IMG/VR virus record: IMGVR_UViG_3300012921_000077
Location: 1-53,803 of that record
Length of the DNA: 53,803 nucleotides
Reading direction: 5' to 3' (one strand)
DNA from: a virus
Lineage: Duplodnaviria > Caudoviricetes
In this document: piece by piece, positions 26,911 through 35,987 of the stretch
Layout of the letters: every line of letters starts with the position of its first letter
Position numbering within the stretch: the first letter of the stretch is position 1
Notes under the pieces: model-generated
Told to the model about the DNA's origin: nothing
Seen by the model: only the letters and a program-made list of their open reading frames with translations
The model's database searches: none
Translations under genes and position numbers: made by a program

Positions 26911-28251
26911 TCACGCCTCGTCCGCGCTCGGGAGCGCGTTCTCGGGTCCGTCGTTCGCCGCCGGCTCGCGCTCGGGCTCGGCCGGAGCGCCGCCGATGAC
27001 TTCTTCGCCGTCCGCGGGGTGCGGGATGCCGGCCTTGTCGCGCGCCCACTTCGCCGGGATGCGGAGCTTCGCGCCGGAGGCGAGCGAGGTGATCGACTCG
27101 CTGAACGCCTTGAGGTCGACTGCGTCCTCGGTGATGAGCCGGAACTTCGCGGGCCGAACGCCGCTGCCGAAGTTCAGGAGCGTCAGCGGCGAGACGAGGT
27201 CGCGCGAGATGTCATCGCCGATGAACGTCGCATCGGCCTCGACCTTCTCCTTGCGGACGCCGTCCTGCGTCTTCGACTGCGCGTAGCCGCTAGACGTCGA
27301 CGACTCGACGGTTTCCGTCCCGCCGAGCACCGCCTTCGACATCTCCCGACCCATCGTCGAGAACATCTCGGCGTGCGGGCCCTTGCCGTTCGCGGCGCCC
27401 TTCGGCCACTGGACGTCGAGCTCGACGCTGTCAGGCACGACGGCGACGCCGCTCGTCGACATCTCGTCGAGGATCGAGACGAGACCGTCGACATCTTCCT
27501 GCTGCGCGAAGTGCTCTTTCTTGTAGCGGCCCGTGCGCCACGGGCGCCACGCGATCTCGCCGAGCCGCAGCCAGTCGGTCAGCGTCCAGTTGCGGAAGAG
27601 CGCGGCCCAAACAAGTACGCGCATGAGCCCCTCGCGGCACGGCACGTCGCCGTTCACACGCGGGCGCGAAATGATGAACTGCGCCGGGTACTCGGCGCGA
27701 ATGTCGACGCCCGGCTGCCCCTGCTGGTCCTGCCAGAGGAGCGTCGAGCCTTGCCGGATGAACCGGCGATGTTCGACCGGTGCGAAGTAGTCGGGAACGA
27801 GGTAGCCGCTCGATCGCCGGTAGACCGTCTCCGTGACCGCGTAGCCGAAGAACGGCGCCGAGCTGCACTGCCCGATCGCGCATCCCACGCCGGCCCTGAT
27901 GGCGTCCTCGACGAACTGCGCCGCCTTCTTCTCGCGCTTCGTGGGTTTGCGCGGGAGTTCGAGCTCCCACTTCAGGCCCTGCACCGCGACTTCGCGCGTC
28001 TCGAGGATGCCGTGAAGGTGGCCGTCCTTCTGCCGAAGCGCGTTCGCGAGGTCGACGAGCGCCGCCATGCGGCCCTGGTCGGCCTCGAGAAGCTTCGCGG
28101 AGACCGACGCGGGCGTGAGCCCGCCCGTCGCGCGCTGCAGCTGCAGCCACGTCGGCTGCTCGGCGATCACGCGCGCCGGGCGCGGCGCCGCGAGACGACG
28201 CTCGTGCCGCGCGGCGGCCTGGTTGATGATTTCCGCGGCGTCTGTTGCCAT
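26911..28251 (-). CDS. Portal protein (Mu gp29/DUF935-like)
   Basis: KDGHL.GILETR..AV..LKW, FGYAV.E, GLMR...W, EMSKAVLGGT motifs. Confidence 0.92.
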   Translation of the reverse strand: MATDAAEIINQAAARHERRLAAPRPARVIAEQPTWLQLQRATGGLTPASVSAKLLEADQGRMAALVDLANALRQKDGHLHGILETREVAVQGLKWELELPRKPTKREKKAAQFVEDAIRAGVGCAIGQCSSAPFFGYAVTETVYRRSSGYLVPDYFAPVEHRRFIRQGSTLLWQDQQGQPGVDIRAEYPAQFIISRPRVNGDVPCREGLMRVLVWAALFRNWTLTDWLRLGEIAWRPWRTGRYKKEHFAQQEDVDGLVSILDEMSTSGVAVVPDSVELDVQWPKGAANGKGPHAEMFSTMGREMSKAVLGGTETVESSTSSGYAQSKTQDGVRKEKVEADATFIGDDISRDLVSPLTLLNFGSGVRPAKFRLITEDAVDLKAFSESITSLASGAKLRIPAKWARDKAGIPHPADGEEVIGGAPAEPEREPAANDGPENALPSADEA

Positions 28252-28254
28252 GCG

Positions 28255-29637
28255 TCAGTACCCGCGGCCGGTGATTCGGTGAGAGGTCGCGCCGGCCGAC
28301 GGCACGATGAGCTTCGTCGGCACCTCGCCGAGCATCAGCTCCGAGAGCGCCCACACGAGCGCGTCGAGGCGGTCGGGCGAATCGGCGCCGCTCGTCGGGT
28401 CCCAGTCGCAGAGCTGGTCTTCGAGCTGCGCGAACGAGCCGACATGGTGGACGCGGCCTTGCTCGTAGAGCGCCGCGATCGGCTCAGCGCGCGTGGCCTT
28501 GCCGCGCGACGCGCGCACGGCCTTGTACGGCACCGCGGTCGGCGGCTTCGCGTCGCGACCCGCCGTGCGAATGTTCGACTCGACGAGGTCGCCGCCGTTG
28601 TTCACCTCGCCGACGACGAAGCTCGCTTCGTGGACGTTGTACGCGGTGACCGCGGCGGCGCCCCACGCAGCGGGCGATGCACTCAGCGACGCGTCGCCGA
28701 TGACGTAGCCGTGCCCGTCGCGGCCGAGGCCGGCGATCACGATGCCCGTCTCGGCGCTGTTCGCGTTCGCGCTCACCGCCGGGTCGACGGCGACGACGAC
28801 GCGAACGAGCTGCGGCGCCTTCGAGACGCGACCGCTGTCGATCCACGCGCGCTTCCAGAGCGCGCCCGGGTTGTCGTCGAGGACCTCCGCGTAGAGCTCC
28901 TGACGACCGATGCGCGTGCCCTCGTACTTCCGGAGGATCTTCCGGACGAACGACGGCGCGAGGTTGGCCTTGTTGTCGTACGTCGAGCCGCGCGTGACGA
29001 CCGTGCCGCCGCCTCGTCCAGGCGTGTACGGGTCCGCGAGCAGCGACTTCACGAGCGGCGTCGGGCGCGGCGTCGTGGTGATGCACGCCTGCGGGTGCGT
29101 CCCGAGGCGGAGGACCATCTGAAGCTGGTCCCAGGTCTCTTGCCCGTAGCGCCACGCCGCGAGCTCGTCGCACCACGCGGCTTCGTACTGCGGGCCGCGT
29201 AGCGAGTCGGGCTCCTCGGCGGAAAACGTCGTCGCGATCGCGCCGTTGCGCCACGTGAGCCGGCGCTTCGAGGGGTTCCACTCGGGACGGCGTGCCGGGT
29301 GCGCGCACGCGAGAATCCCGCTTTCGCCCTCGACCATAACGTCGCGGATGTCCGCGGCGGTTCGGGCGACGAGCGCGATGCGCTTCTTTCCCTCGCGCTC
29401 GACCTTCTCGAGCACCCACTCGGCGCCGCTTCGGGTCTTGCCGAAGCCGCGACCGGCGCAGATCAGCCAGTAGTCCCACTCGCCCGTAGGGGCGAGCTGC
29501 TCGGGCCGCGCCCACGCGCGCCAGCAGTGGAGGAGCTCGAGTGCCTCAGTCTCCGTCAGCGCCCGGATCACCTTCGCCCGTGCCGGCGGCGGCAGCGAGG
29601 CGAGCGATGCGAGCGAGAAGTTGCTCGTGGGCGCCAT
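28255..29637 (-). CDS. terL: Terminase large subunit
   Basis: Walker A GRGFGKTR, LRGPQY..AWCDE, TTTP, nuclease VAVDP and SPDRLDA. Confidence 0.96.
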   Translation of the reverse strand: MAPTSNFSLASLASLPPPARAKVIRALTETEALELLHCWRAWARPEQLAPTGEWDYWLICAGRGFGKTRSGAEWVLEKVEREGKKRIALVARTAADIRDVMVEGESGILACAHPARRPEWNPSKRRLTWRNGAIATTFSAEEPDSLRGPQYEAAWCDELAAWRYGQETWDQLQMVLRLGTHPQACITTTPRPTPLVKSLLADPYTPGRGGGTVVTRGSTYDNKANLAPSFVRKILRKYEGTRIGRQELYAEVLDDNPGALWKRAWIDSGRVSKAPQLVRVVVAVDPAVSANANSAETGIVIAGLGRDGHGYVIGDASLSASPAAWGAAAVTAYNVHEASFVVGEVNNGGDLVESNIRTAGRDAKPPTAVPYKAVRASRGKATRAEPIAALYEQGRVHHVGSFAQLEDQLCDWDPTSGADSPDRLDALVWALSELMLGEVPTKLIVPSAGATSHRITGRGY

Positions 29638-30013
29638 CCGTGACCTTCAGCTCGCCCGCCATCTCGGTCGACGAGCGCTTCGGCGCGTCGATGCCGAGAT
29701 AGGAGGCGCGGCGCTCCATGATGCGAAGCGCGCGATCGATGCAGTGCACGTCGCCCGACTTCGCCTTCGTCCAGCAGCCGAGGAGCATCGCGTCGAGACG
29801 TGACAGCTCGAGCTGGATGACCTCTTCGGCGGGCTCTCGGATGATCTCTTTGATGGCCGCCTGAACAGCGTGGCGCGCAGCCGCTTTCGCCGAGTAGCCG
29901 AGCTGCGCGGCGATCTGGTCATACGTCGCGCCTGCCTTACGGAGCTCGAGCGCCTTGCGGTACCGCTCGGCGGTCTCCGCGGCGGCCGCGTCACGCTTTG
30001 CGGAGTTCCCCAT
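29546..30013 (-). CDS. terS: Terminase small subunit (HTH)
   Basis: ALELRKAGATYDQIAAQLGY HTH; ERRASYLGIDAP; directly upstream of terL. Confidence 0.8.
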   Translation of the reverse strand: MGNSAKRDAAAAETAERYRKALELRKAGATYDQIAAQLGYSAKAAARHAVQAAIKEIIREPAEEVIQLELSRLDAMLLGCWTKAKSGDVHCIDRALRIMERRASYLGIDAPKRSSTEMAGELKVTDGAHEQLLARIARLAAAAGTGEGDPGADGD

Positions 30014-31259
30014 GGCAGCCAATCTCGCTCATGCGCTCGAGGGCGACGGCGACGTACTTCGGATCGAGCTCGATCGCGCGACAGAGCCGCGACGACGCTT
30101 CGCTCGCGAGCATCGTCGTGCCCGAACCGGAGAACGGTTCGTAGACGATGCCGCGTTGCGGCGCCGAGTTCCGCACCATGCGTGCGACGAGCTCGACGGG
30201 CTTCATCGTCGGATGAAGCTCGTTGGCCTTCGGCTTCGCGTACTCGAGCACCGACGTTTCGGCGTTGCCGCCGTACCAGCCCGCGCCGCCACGGCCGCGG
30301 CGTCCCTCGCCCGGGGTGTACCCGAACAAGATCGGCTCGTGCCGATAGTGGTAGTCGCTCCGGCCGAGCACGAGGACGTCCTTCACCCAGACGAGCCCCT
30401 GCCGGAACTTCCACCCCGCCGCGCAGAACGACGCCAGGAACGGCATCGAGAGCGGCCCAGGCGGATGCGCGACGTACACCGCTGCGCCCGGCTTCAGCGC
30501 GCTCGCGCTGGCCGCGCGGAAGCACTCGAGCAGGAACGCCTCGAGCTCCTTCGGCGACTGCGCGTCGTTCTCGATCTCGAGCGCGTCGTCGGTCTTGCCG
30601 ACGTACGCCACGCCATACGGCGGGTCGGTCCACATCATGTCCGCGCGATCGGAGCCCCAGAGGCGCTCGACCGATCGCGCGTCCGTCGACGAGCCGCAGA
30701 GCAGAACGTGCTTGCCACCGGCGACCGTCTGGCTCGGAATCTCCCAGACCTGACCGAGCGCCGTCTGCCACTTCTCGCGCAGCTTCTCGGGCTCGGTCTG
30801 CAGCTTCTCGCTCGCGTCCGCGGCGGAAGCGTTGTCCTCGGCGAGGAGCTTTCGAAGCTCGTGCTCCGCAAGGCCCGTCGCTTCGATGTCCTCGCCCTTC
30901 TGCTTCAGGTCCGCGACGACGGCGCCGAGCACCGCTTCGTCCCAGACCGCCACCTCGCCGAGCTTGTTGTCGGCGATCGCGAGCAGGTGCGCCTTCTCCT
31001 CGTCGAGGTCGAGGTACCGAACCGGCACCACCTCGAGGCCGAGCTCGACCGCCGCCTTCAGCCGCGTGTGCCCGGCAATCACCTCGCCGTTCGCGCGGCG
31101 CGCGAGCACCGGAGCGCCGAAGCCGAAGCGTCGGATCGACTCGACGACGCCCGCAACGGCCTTGTCGTTCTTGCGCGGGTTGTTCCCCCACGGCTTCAGG
31201 TCCGCGACCTTCACCCACTCTGCGGCAGCGGAGTCAGTATTGAAGGCTGTGGGTTCCAT
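29991..31259 (-). CDS. ParB/Srx N-terminal domain fused to an N6/N4 DNA methyltransferase
   Basis: LKPWGNNPRKN...FGFGAPVL...IAGHTRLKAA; TDPPYG, HPTMKP, EPFSGSGTT, IELDPKY. Confidence 0.92.
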   Translation of the reverse strand: MEPTAFNTDSAAAEWVKVADLKPWGNNPRKNDKAVAGVVESIRRFGFGAPVLARRANGEVIAGHTRLKAAVELGLEVVPVRYLDLDEEKAHLLAIADNKLGEVAVWDEAVLGAVVADLKQKGEDIEATGLAEHELRKLLAEDNASAADASEKLQTEPEKLREKWQTALGQVWEIPSQTVAGGKHVLLCGSSTDARSVERLWGSDRADMMWTDPPYGVAYVGKTDDALEIENDAQSPKELEAFLLECFRAASASALKPGAAVYVAHPPGPLSMPFLASFCAAGWKFRQGLVWVKDVLVLGRSDYHYRHEPILFGYTPGEGRRGRGGAGWYGGNAETSVLEYAKPKANELHPTMKPVELVARMVRNSAPQRGIVYEPFSGSGTTMLASEASSRLCRAIELDPKYVAVALERMSEIGCHGELRKA

Positions 31260-31367
31260 GACGATGGTGGGCGCGCCGCCGAGGTAGAGGTCCTGGCAAG
31301 CAGGCACTCGGCGTGCGCCCGTGCGAGCGATGCACGCTCCTACCCTGGGCCTCCGGGGAGCGTGCCG

Positions 31368-31397
31368 TGGTCGACGATGGTCGACAACGGTCGACAG
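31368..31397. repeat. Three tandem 10-bp repeats (YGGTCGACRR)
   Basis: TGGTCGACGA TGGTCGACAA CGGTCGACAG in the intergenic region upstream of the packaging operon. Confidence 0.8.
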
Positions 31398-31401
31398 TTC
31401 T

Positions 31402-31782
31402 TCACGCAACGGAACGACGGCCGGCGCGCAACTTCGCTATGTCACGGGTGTTTTGCCCGACCTGCGAGGCGAGCATTCGCTGCGCGGATGAAACGCCGCC
31501 GATGCCCTCCTCGAGCGCCTCGACGCGGAACTCGAGCGACTCGATCGGGTTGAAGAGATCGGGCTCGAGGCGCCAGAGCACGGCCGCGAAGAACGTGTAC
31601 TCGCGGTTCGTGCCCGGACCGGCGATGAGAATCTGCCCGCCATGCCGCGCGTCGAGTCGCTTGAGGAAGCGCAGCGCGCGGCGACGCGCGGCGTCGGGAT
31701 TCGCGTCGAACTCTTCCGCGCCGTACGCATGACGCGCGAAGTCCGTCACCGTCCAGATGCGCTTCTTCGGTGTGATGATCAC
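31402..31782 (-). CDS. Putative DNA-binding protein with C-terminal coiled coil
   Basis: WTVTDFAR...AARRRALRFLKR winged-helix-like N-terminus; LEFRVEALEE coil; GTGA overlap. Confidence 0.6.
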   Translation of the reverse strand: MIITPKKRIWTVTDFARHAYGAEEFDANPDAARRRALRFLKRLDARHGGQILIAGPGTNREYTFFAAVLWRLEPDLFNPIESLEFRVEALEEGIGGVSSAQRMLASQVGQNTRDIAKLRAGRRSVA

Positions 31783-32150
31783 GACGACCGTTCCTGCGAC
31801 GTCGCGAGCAGCAGCTGCGCTATAGACAGCTCTTTCCGGAGCTCGAAGAGAGCTTGGACCGCCCAAAACCGCAGCTGCCTATCTGCTTTTGCCAGCGTGG
31901 ACGGCGACACTGCAATGCCGGCGCTTATGCGCCTCAGCGTCTCGCGCCGAACGCTTTGCGGTGCACCACCGATGTCGATCGCCAACGTCGCTAGCGCATC
32001 GATGGGCAACAAGAACGCTCCATCCAATCGACGCAAGACAAGCAGGGCGCTGGCGTATGCGCTCTCGGAACGAAACGCGCCAACATCGAACGCGGCGTAC
32101 TTGCAGATGCGCCTTCGGTGATTCTGCTCAGTAACCTTCTTGGGCGCCAT
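31779..32150 (-). CDS. Hypothetical protein with atypical, lower-GC codon usage
   Basis: MAPKKVTEQNH...; GAGG upstream; stop overlaps the next start. Confidence 0.5.
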   Translation of the reverse strand: MAPKKVTEQNHRRRICKYAAFDVGAFRSESAYASALLVLRRLDGAFLLPIDALATLAIDIGGAPQSVRRETLRRISAGIAVSPSTLAKADRQLRFWAVQALFELRKELSIAQLLLATSQERSS

Positions 32151-32164
32151 CGTCTTGCCTCGCT

Positions 32165-33001
32165 TCACGACGCGCTCCGCAGTCGCGCGTCGAACCGCTC
32201 GCGTTCCTTGCGGAGGCGCCGGCCCGCGAGCTCGGCGAGATCGTCGGCGCGGCGCTGCGCGAGTTCGACGCGGCGCGCGCGTTCGAGCACGAGCCGCTCG
32301 CGGCGGACCTCCTCGTACGCCTGCAGCGCGCGTACGCGAGGCTGCTCGCAGTCGTCGACGAGCCGCGCGAAGAACGACTTCGTCGCGTCGCCGCGGCCCG
32401 CCTCGTCGACGAGGAACTGCGCGAGCGTGGCCGCGCGCGGCGTCGCCTTCGCCCACGCCTTCGCGGCGCGCGGCATCTCCGCGGCGAGCGCGACGAACGT
32501 GCCTCCGCCCCACCGCGTCGCGAGCGCGAAGCCCAGGTAGCCCGGCGCGCCGTGCGGCGTGTAGATGAGCCGGAGCACGCGCCTGCTCTCCGGATCGATC
32601 CGCGCGAGCGTCGCCTCGACGGCGCCGAACCGTTCCAGCTCGCGGCGGTGCCGGACCTCTCTCGCGGCGAGGTGCGCTTCGTTCACATCGAAGCCGCTCT
32701 GGGGCGCCGGCTCGTAGCCCTGCGCGCGGACTCCCAGAGCCGAGGTGAAGTGCTCGGACAGCTCGCGATCGGCGTCGGCGAAACGGTGCGTCATGATGCT
32801 GCAGCTCCTCGGGCCCGCGACCGGCGCGGACCCCTTTCGGTGGTGGATCGGACTCGGCACGACGTTGCGTTTTGCGGGGGGCTTCTCTTCGGGGTGCGGC
32901 ACCGGCCCGTGGACGACCTCAAACGCGCCTGGCGACCCCGCCGCGCGCGAGGAAACGGCATCCGGATTCCCGGGCGTCGCTCGCGAATTACTCCGCGGCA
33001 T
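32165..33001 (-). CDS. Putative late transcription regulator (alternative start at 32794)
   Basis: VEATLARIDPESRRVLRLIY resembles Q/RinA/sigma-region-4-adjacent helices; lies between the replication and packaging genes. Confidence 0.5.
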   Translation of the reverse strand: MPRSNSRATPGNPDAVSSRAAGSPGAFEVVHGPVPHPEEKPPAKRNVVPSPIHHRKGSAPVAGPRSCSIMTHRFADADRELSEHFTSALGVRAQGYEPAPQSGFDVNEAHLAAREVRHRRELERFGAVEATLARIDPESRRVLRLIYTPHGAPGYLGFALATRWGGGTFVALAAEMPRAAKAWAKATPRAATLAQFLVDEAGRGDATKSFFARLVDDCEQPRVRALQAYEEVRRERLVLERARRVELAQRRADDLAELAGRRLRKERERFDARLRSAS

Positions 33002-35987
33002 GATCGCCCTTCCCGGGCTGTGGGCTAGCGCCCCCGCGGCCGAAACCCCTATTAAATACTTCTTCTCTTATAGGGGTTTCGGTCGCAGCTTTAGCTAGCG
33101 ATAGCGACCGATCGGTTGCGACCGAAACCCCTATAGCCAACTCGCGAAGTCGGGAGGCAACGGCCGGCGGAACGCCGCGTCCGGCCAGATACCGGTCGAT
33201 CGTGCGCGCTGCGCACCCCAAAAGTCGCCCCGCGGAGCGTGCTCCGCCGAGGGTCTCGACGGCCTTCCGGAGCTCGTCGACGGGCATCGTCGCGGCGGCC
33301 TTCGGACGCCCTCCTGCCATGCGCGAACGGAGCACCGCGCTCGTCGCCCACGCGCTTCCTCCCGGGCTCACACGACCAACGTGGAGCGCCCGCGCGGGGC
33401 GCTTCCGATGCACGGCACGAAGGCGCCCGTGCGCCTGTTCGAGCTCGGCTTCGCACTGCCGGCGCAGGCGTTCTTCCCAGTCGACGCCGAGGAACGCGCT
33501 CTCGGTCTGCACGTCGGGAACGCTCGGCCACGGGTCGCCGACCGTTGCGAGGCAGTCGACGTCGGCCATTCGATTGAGCCCGCGCGTCGCGCCGTAGTGC
33601 GCGGTCGAAATCTCGCCGCGGAACGCCGAGAGCACCGGCCCGAGCTCGGCGCGCGCGGTGGCGAGCGCTTCGGCGCTCTGCTTCGCGGCCTTCCACGCGG
33701 CGTCGACAGTCTCGTCGTTCGGTCGGAGCGCAGCCTCGATCGCCAGCTCGACGACGCGCATGGTGATGATGCCGAGGCGGATCGGACGGATCTCGTCGAT
33801 GCGCGTCGCGTTCGCCCACTCGATGACCTCGCGCAGCGCGTGAACGACACCTGTGTCGAACACGAGCCGCCCGTGAGAGATCCACGCGCGACGGCTCGAC
33901 GCGCTCGACCGGAGGTGCGTGCGCTCGACCGGCGCGCCGTCGCTCGCCGCGAACGAGTGCAGCACCGGCTCGTAGCCGACCACCTTCGCGAACGCGGGCA
34001 TGTGCAGATCCGCGTTCGCGTCCATCGCGACGACGCTGCCCTCGCGCCGGAGCGCATCGGTGAGATCGCCCTTCGTCGATGTGACGACGATGCGGCGCGG
34101 TTCGTCTTCGAGCCGCACCGACACGAGCGACGGCTGATGGCACGCGCGCGCGAGCGTGAGCATGACGCGCGAGGCGGTTCCGATCTCGCGAGCCGCGTCG
34201 AGGCTGACGCGCGCGAGCAACGCGGACGTGGCGCGGAGCGGCGGTCGCTCCTCGACGGCGCCGATGTCGAGCGTCGACGTCAGCTCGGCGAACGAGACTC
34301 CCGCATCGTCCCAGTCGCGCACGGCGAGCAGGAGCGGCGTGATCTCGACCGCGAACGCGCGTACGAAGTCGTGCACGCGGCGAAGCGCGACCTCGATGTC
34401 GTCCGGCGTGATGACGAGCGACTCGACGAGCGGCGGCGGCTCGTCGATGACGAGGAGCCCCGTCGCGCCCGCGGCCGCGTCGAGCCGCGACAGGAGCGCG
34501 TGCGTGCCGACGGTCACGCGCGGCGAGCCTTCGCCGTAGACCTCCTCGCCGTCGCGCGCGGTGCAGCCGTCGTAGTGCTCGCACTTCGACTTCTCGCGGC
34601 CGAGGCAGAACTCCCACTGCAGCGACTGCCCGCCGTTCACGATGTGCGTTGCGCGGTCGTGGAGCCGGCACGCGAACGCGCCGTCGTCGCTCTTCATCGA
34701 CAGCGGCCCGAAGATGCGCCGCACGCTGACGCCTGACTTCGCGAGGTCCTTCGCGACCTGGATCGCGAGCTCGTTCTTGTCGACGCTGATGGCGGTCTTC
34801 GATTGCAGCGGCGCGCGCTGCGACGCGACGACGGCGAGGTGGAGCTTCCGCGCGCGCTCGCCGGCGACCTTCATCGCCGCCTGCGTCTTGCCGAGGCCGC
34901 ACTCGGCGCGCACGACCGTGAGCCCGTCGCCCGCCGAGCGGATGGCCTCCTCGAGCGCCGCCGTCGTCGCGGAGAGGTGGGGCGCCGGCGCGGACATCGG
35001 CGGGCGCTCGACGGCGTCTTCGAGCGCGTCGTGCACCGCGTCCGCGACTGCCGGGTGGTATCGATTCAGGAACGACAGCCCGGTCACCGCCTGCTGCGCG
35101 GCGTAGCGGGCGACCGTGTCGCGCGCGCTCTTGCCGTGGTGCGCGGGCTTCGACGAGCCGGCGTGCGTCGCGATGAGCCGCACGAGCTCCGGCACGTGCT
35201 CGGGTGGCGTGCCCTTCGACAGGAGCGCGCCGCCGATCGCCAGGTACATCTGGTGATACTCCGCGCTGACCGTGCCGCGGATGGCCTCGCCGATGACCTT
35301 CGCGCGCCGCTGCCAGTGCTCGGCGAGCGACGTCGTCCACGTCTGCGGCGTCGCCACGGCGCGCTTCTTCGTGCGCGGGCCGGGTACGTCGATCGCGTCC
35401 TCGACGACGGGCACGACGATGTCGACCGGCCGCATGCGCGACAGATCTACGAACGGCGACCGGTACGGCTTGCCGCTCCTGCGGATGTTCGGCAGACGGA
35501 AGTGGCGCGTCCAGTCCTTCGCCGACCAGTCGACGGGGAAGCCCGCGGCGTCGAGGTGCAGAAGCACCTCACGTATTACCCGTTCAGCCCGAAGCACGGG
35601 CACGGGCGAGGCGAGCGGCTGCACGAGGCGGTAGCCGTGCGCGGTGAAGTAGACGCCGCAGGGCAAGGGGAGCCGCTCGAACGACGACACTGCGTCCGCC
35701 ATCAGAGAGTCGGTCCACGCCGCGTGGTTCGGGTTGTCGACGTCGACGAACACGCTCTCGACGACGAGCAGCGACGGGTCGACGAGCGGGCACTCGAGCG
35801 CGCCCTTCGTCCAGCGGTGCTGCCGGCCGTCGACGCGCGAGCGGTCGACGTACGTGACGAGGTGCGCATCGGTCGCGTAGGTGTCGGCGAGCGCGTCGGC
35901 GAGCTCGACTTGCCGGAACGACGCGCGCGACTTCGGCTTGTCGATGCCGTACTCGCGCGCGCTCGGCCCGACGGCGATGAGTGTCAC
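32988..35987 (-). CDS. Replication protein: AEP/RepB'-like primase, SF2-like helicase and C-terminal HTH
   Basis: FVDVD, YFTAHGYRL, FRLP primase motifs; AECGLGKT, VGTHALL, LVIDE helicase motifs; GARSAGRLLGCAARTIDRYL HTH; GTG 35987 overlaps the upstream TGA. Confidence 0.78.
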   Translation of the reverse strand: MTLIAVGPSAREYGIDKPKSRASFRQVELADALADTYATDAHLVTYVDRSRVDGRQHRWTKGALECPLVDPSLLVVESVFVDVDNPNHAAWTDSLMADAVSSFERLPLPCGVYFTAHGYRLVQPLASPVPVLRAERVIREVLLHLDAAGFPVDWSAKDWTRHFRLPNIRRSGKPYRSPFVDLSRMRPVDIVVPVVEDAIDVPGPRTKKRAVATPQTWTTSLAEHWQRRAKVIGEAIRGTVSAEYHQMYLAIGGALLSKGTPPEHVPELVRLIATHAGSSKPAHHGKSARDTVARYAAQQAVTGLSFLNRYHPAVADAVHDALEDAVERPPMSAPAPHLSATTAALEEAIRSAGDGLTVVRAECGLGKTQAAMKVAGERARKLHLAVVASQRAPLQSKTAISVDKNELAIQVAKDLAKSGVSVRRIFGPLSMKSDDGAFACRLHDRATHIVNGGQSLQWEFCLGREKSKCEHYDGCTARDGEEVYGEGSPRVTVGTHALLSRLDAAAGATGLLVIDEPPPLVESLVITPDDIEVALRRVHDFVRAFAVEITPLLLAVRDWDDAGVSFAELTSTLDIGAVEERPPLRATSALLARVSLDAAREIGTASRVMLTLARACHQPSLVSVRLEDEPRRIVVTSTKGDLTDALRREGSVVAMDANADLHMPAFAKVVGYEPVLHSFAASDGAPVERTHLRSSASSRRAWISHGRLVFDTGVVHALREVIEWANATRIDEIRPIRLGIITMRVVELAIEAALRPNDETVDAAWKAAKQSAEALATARAELGPVLSAFRGEISTAHYGATRGLNRMADVDCLATVGDPWPSVPDVQTESAFLGVDWEERLRRQCEAELEQAHGRLRAVHRKRPARALHVGRVSPGGSAWATSAVLRSRMAGGRPKAAATMPVDELRKAVETLGGARSAGRLLGCAARTIDRYLAGRGVPPAVASRLRELAIGVSVATDRSLSLAKAATETPIREEVFNRGFGRGGASPQPGKGDHAAE
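33040..33135. repeat. Triple inverted/direct repeat with AT-rich spacer (candidate origin or regulatory switch)
   Basis: CCGAAACCCCTAT 33040-33052; TATAGGGGTTTCGGTCGCA 33069-33087; its perfect reverse complement at 33117-33135. Confidence 0.85.
33094..33105. promoter_or_regulatory. Putative operator GCTA-N4-TAGC (distal copy)
   Basis: GCTAGCGATAGC; flanks match the immunity-region copies. Confidence 0.65.

Noticed and set aside
9987-28251. Mu-like transposable phage, or a tailocin/eCIS
   Set aside because: No DDE transposase or MuB; head, terminase and tyrosine integrase are present, so this is an integrating phage with Mu-like structural genes
29991-31259. Plasmid-type partition system or restriction-modification system
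   Set aside because: No ParA or cognate endonuclease; ParB-MTase fusions upstream of terminase are common in phages
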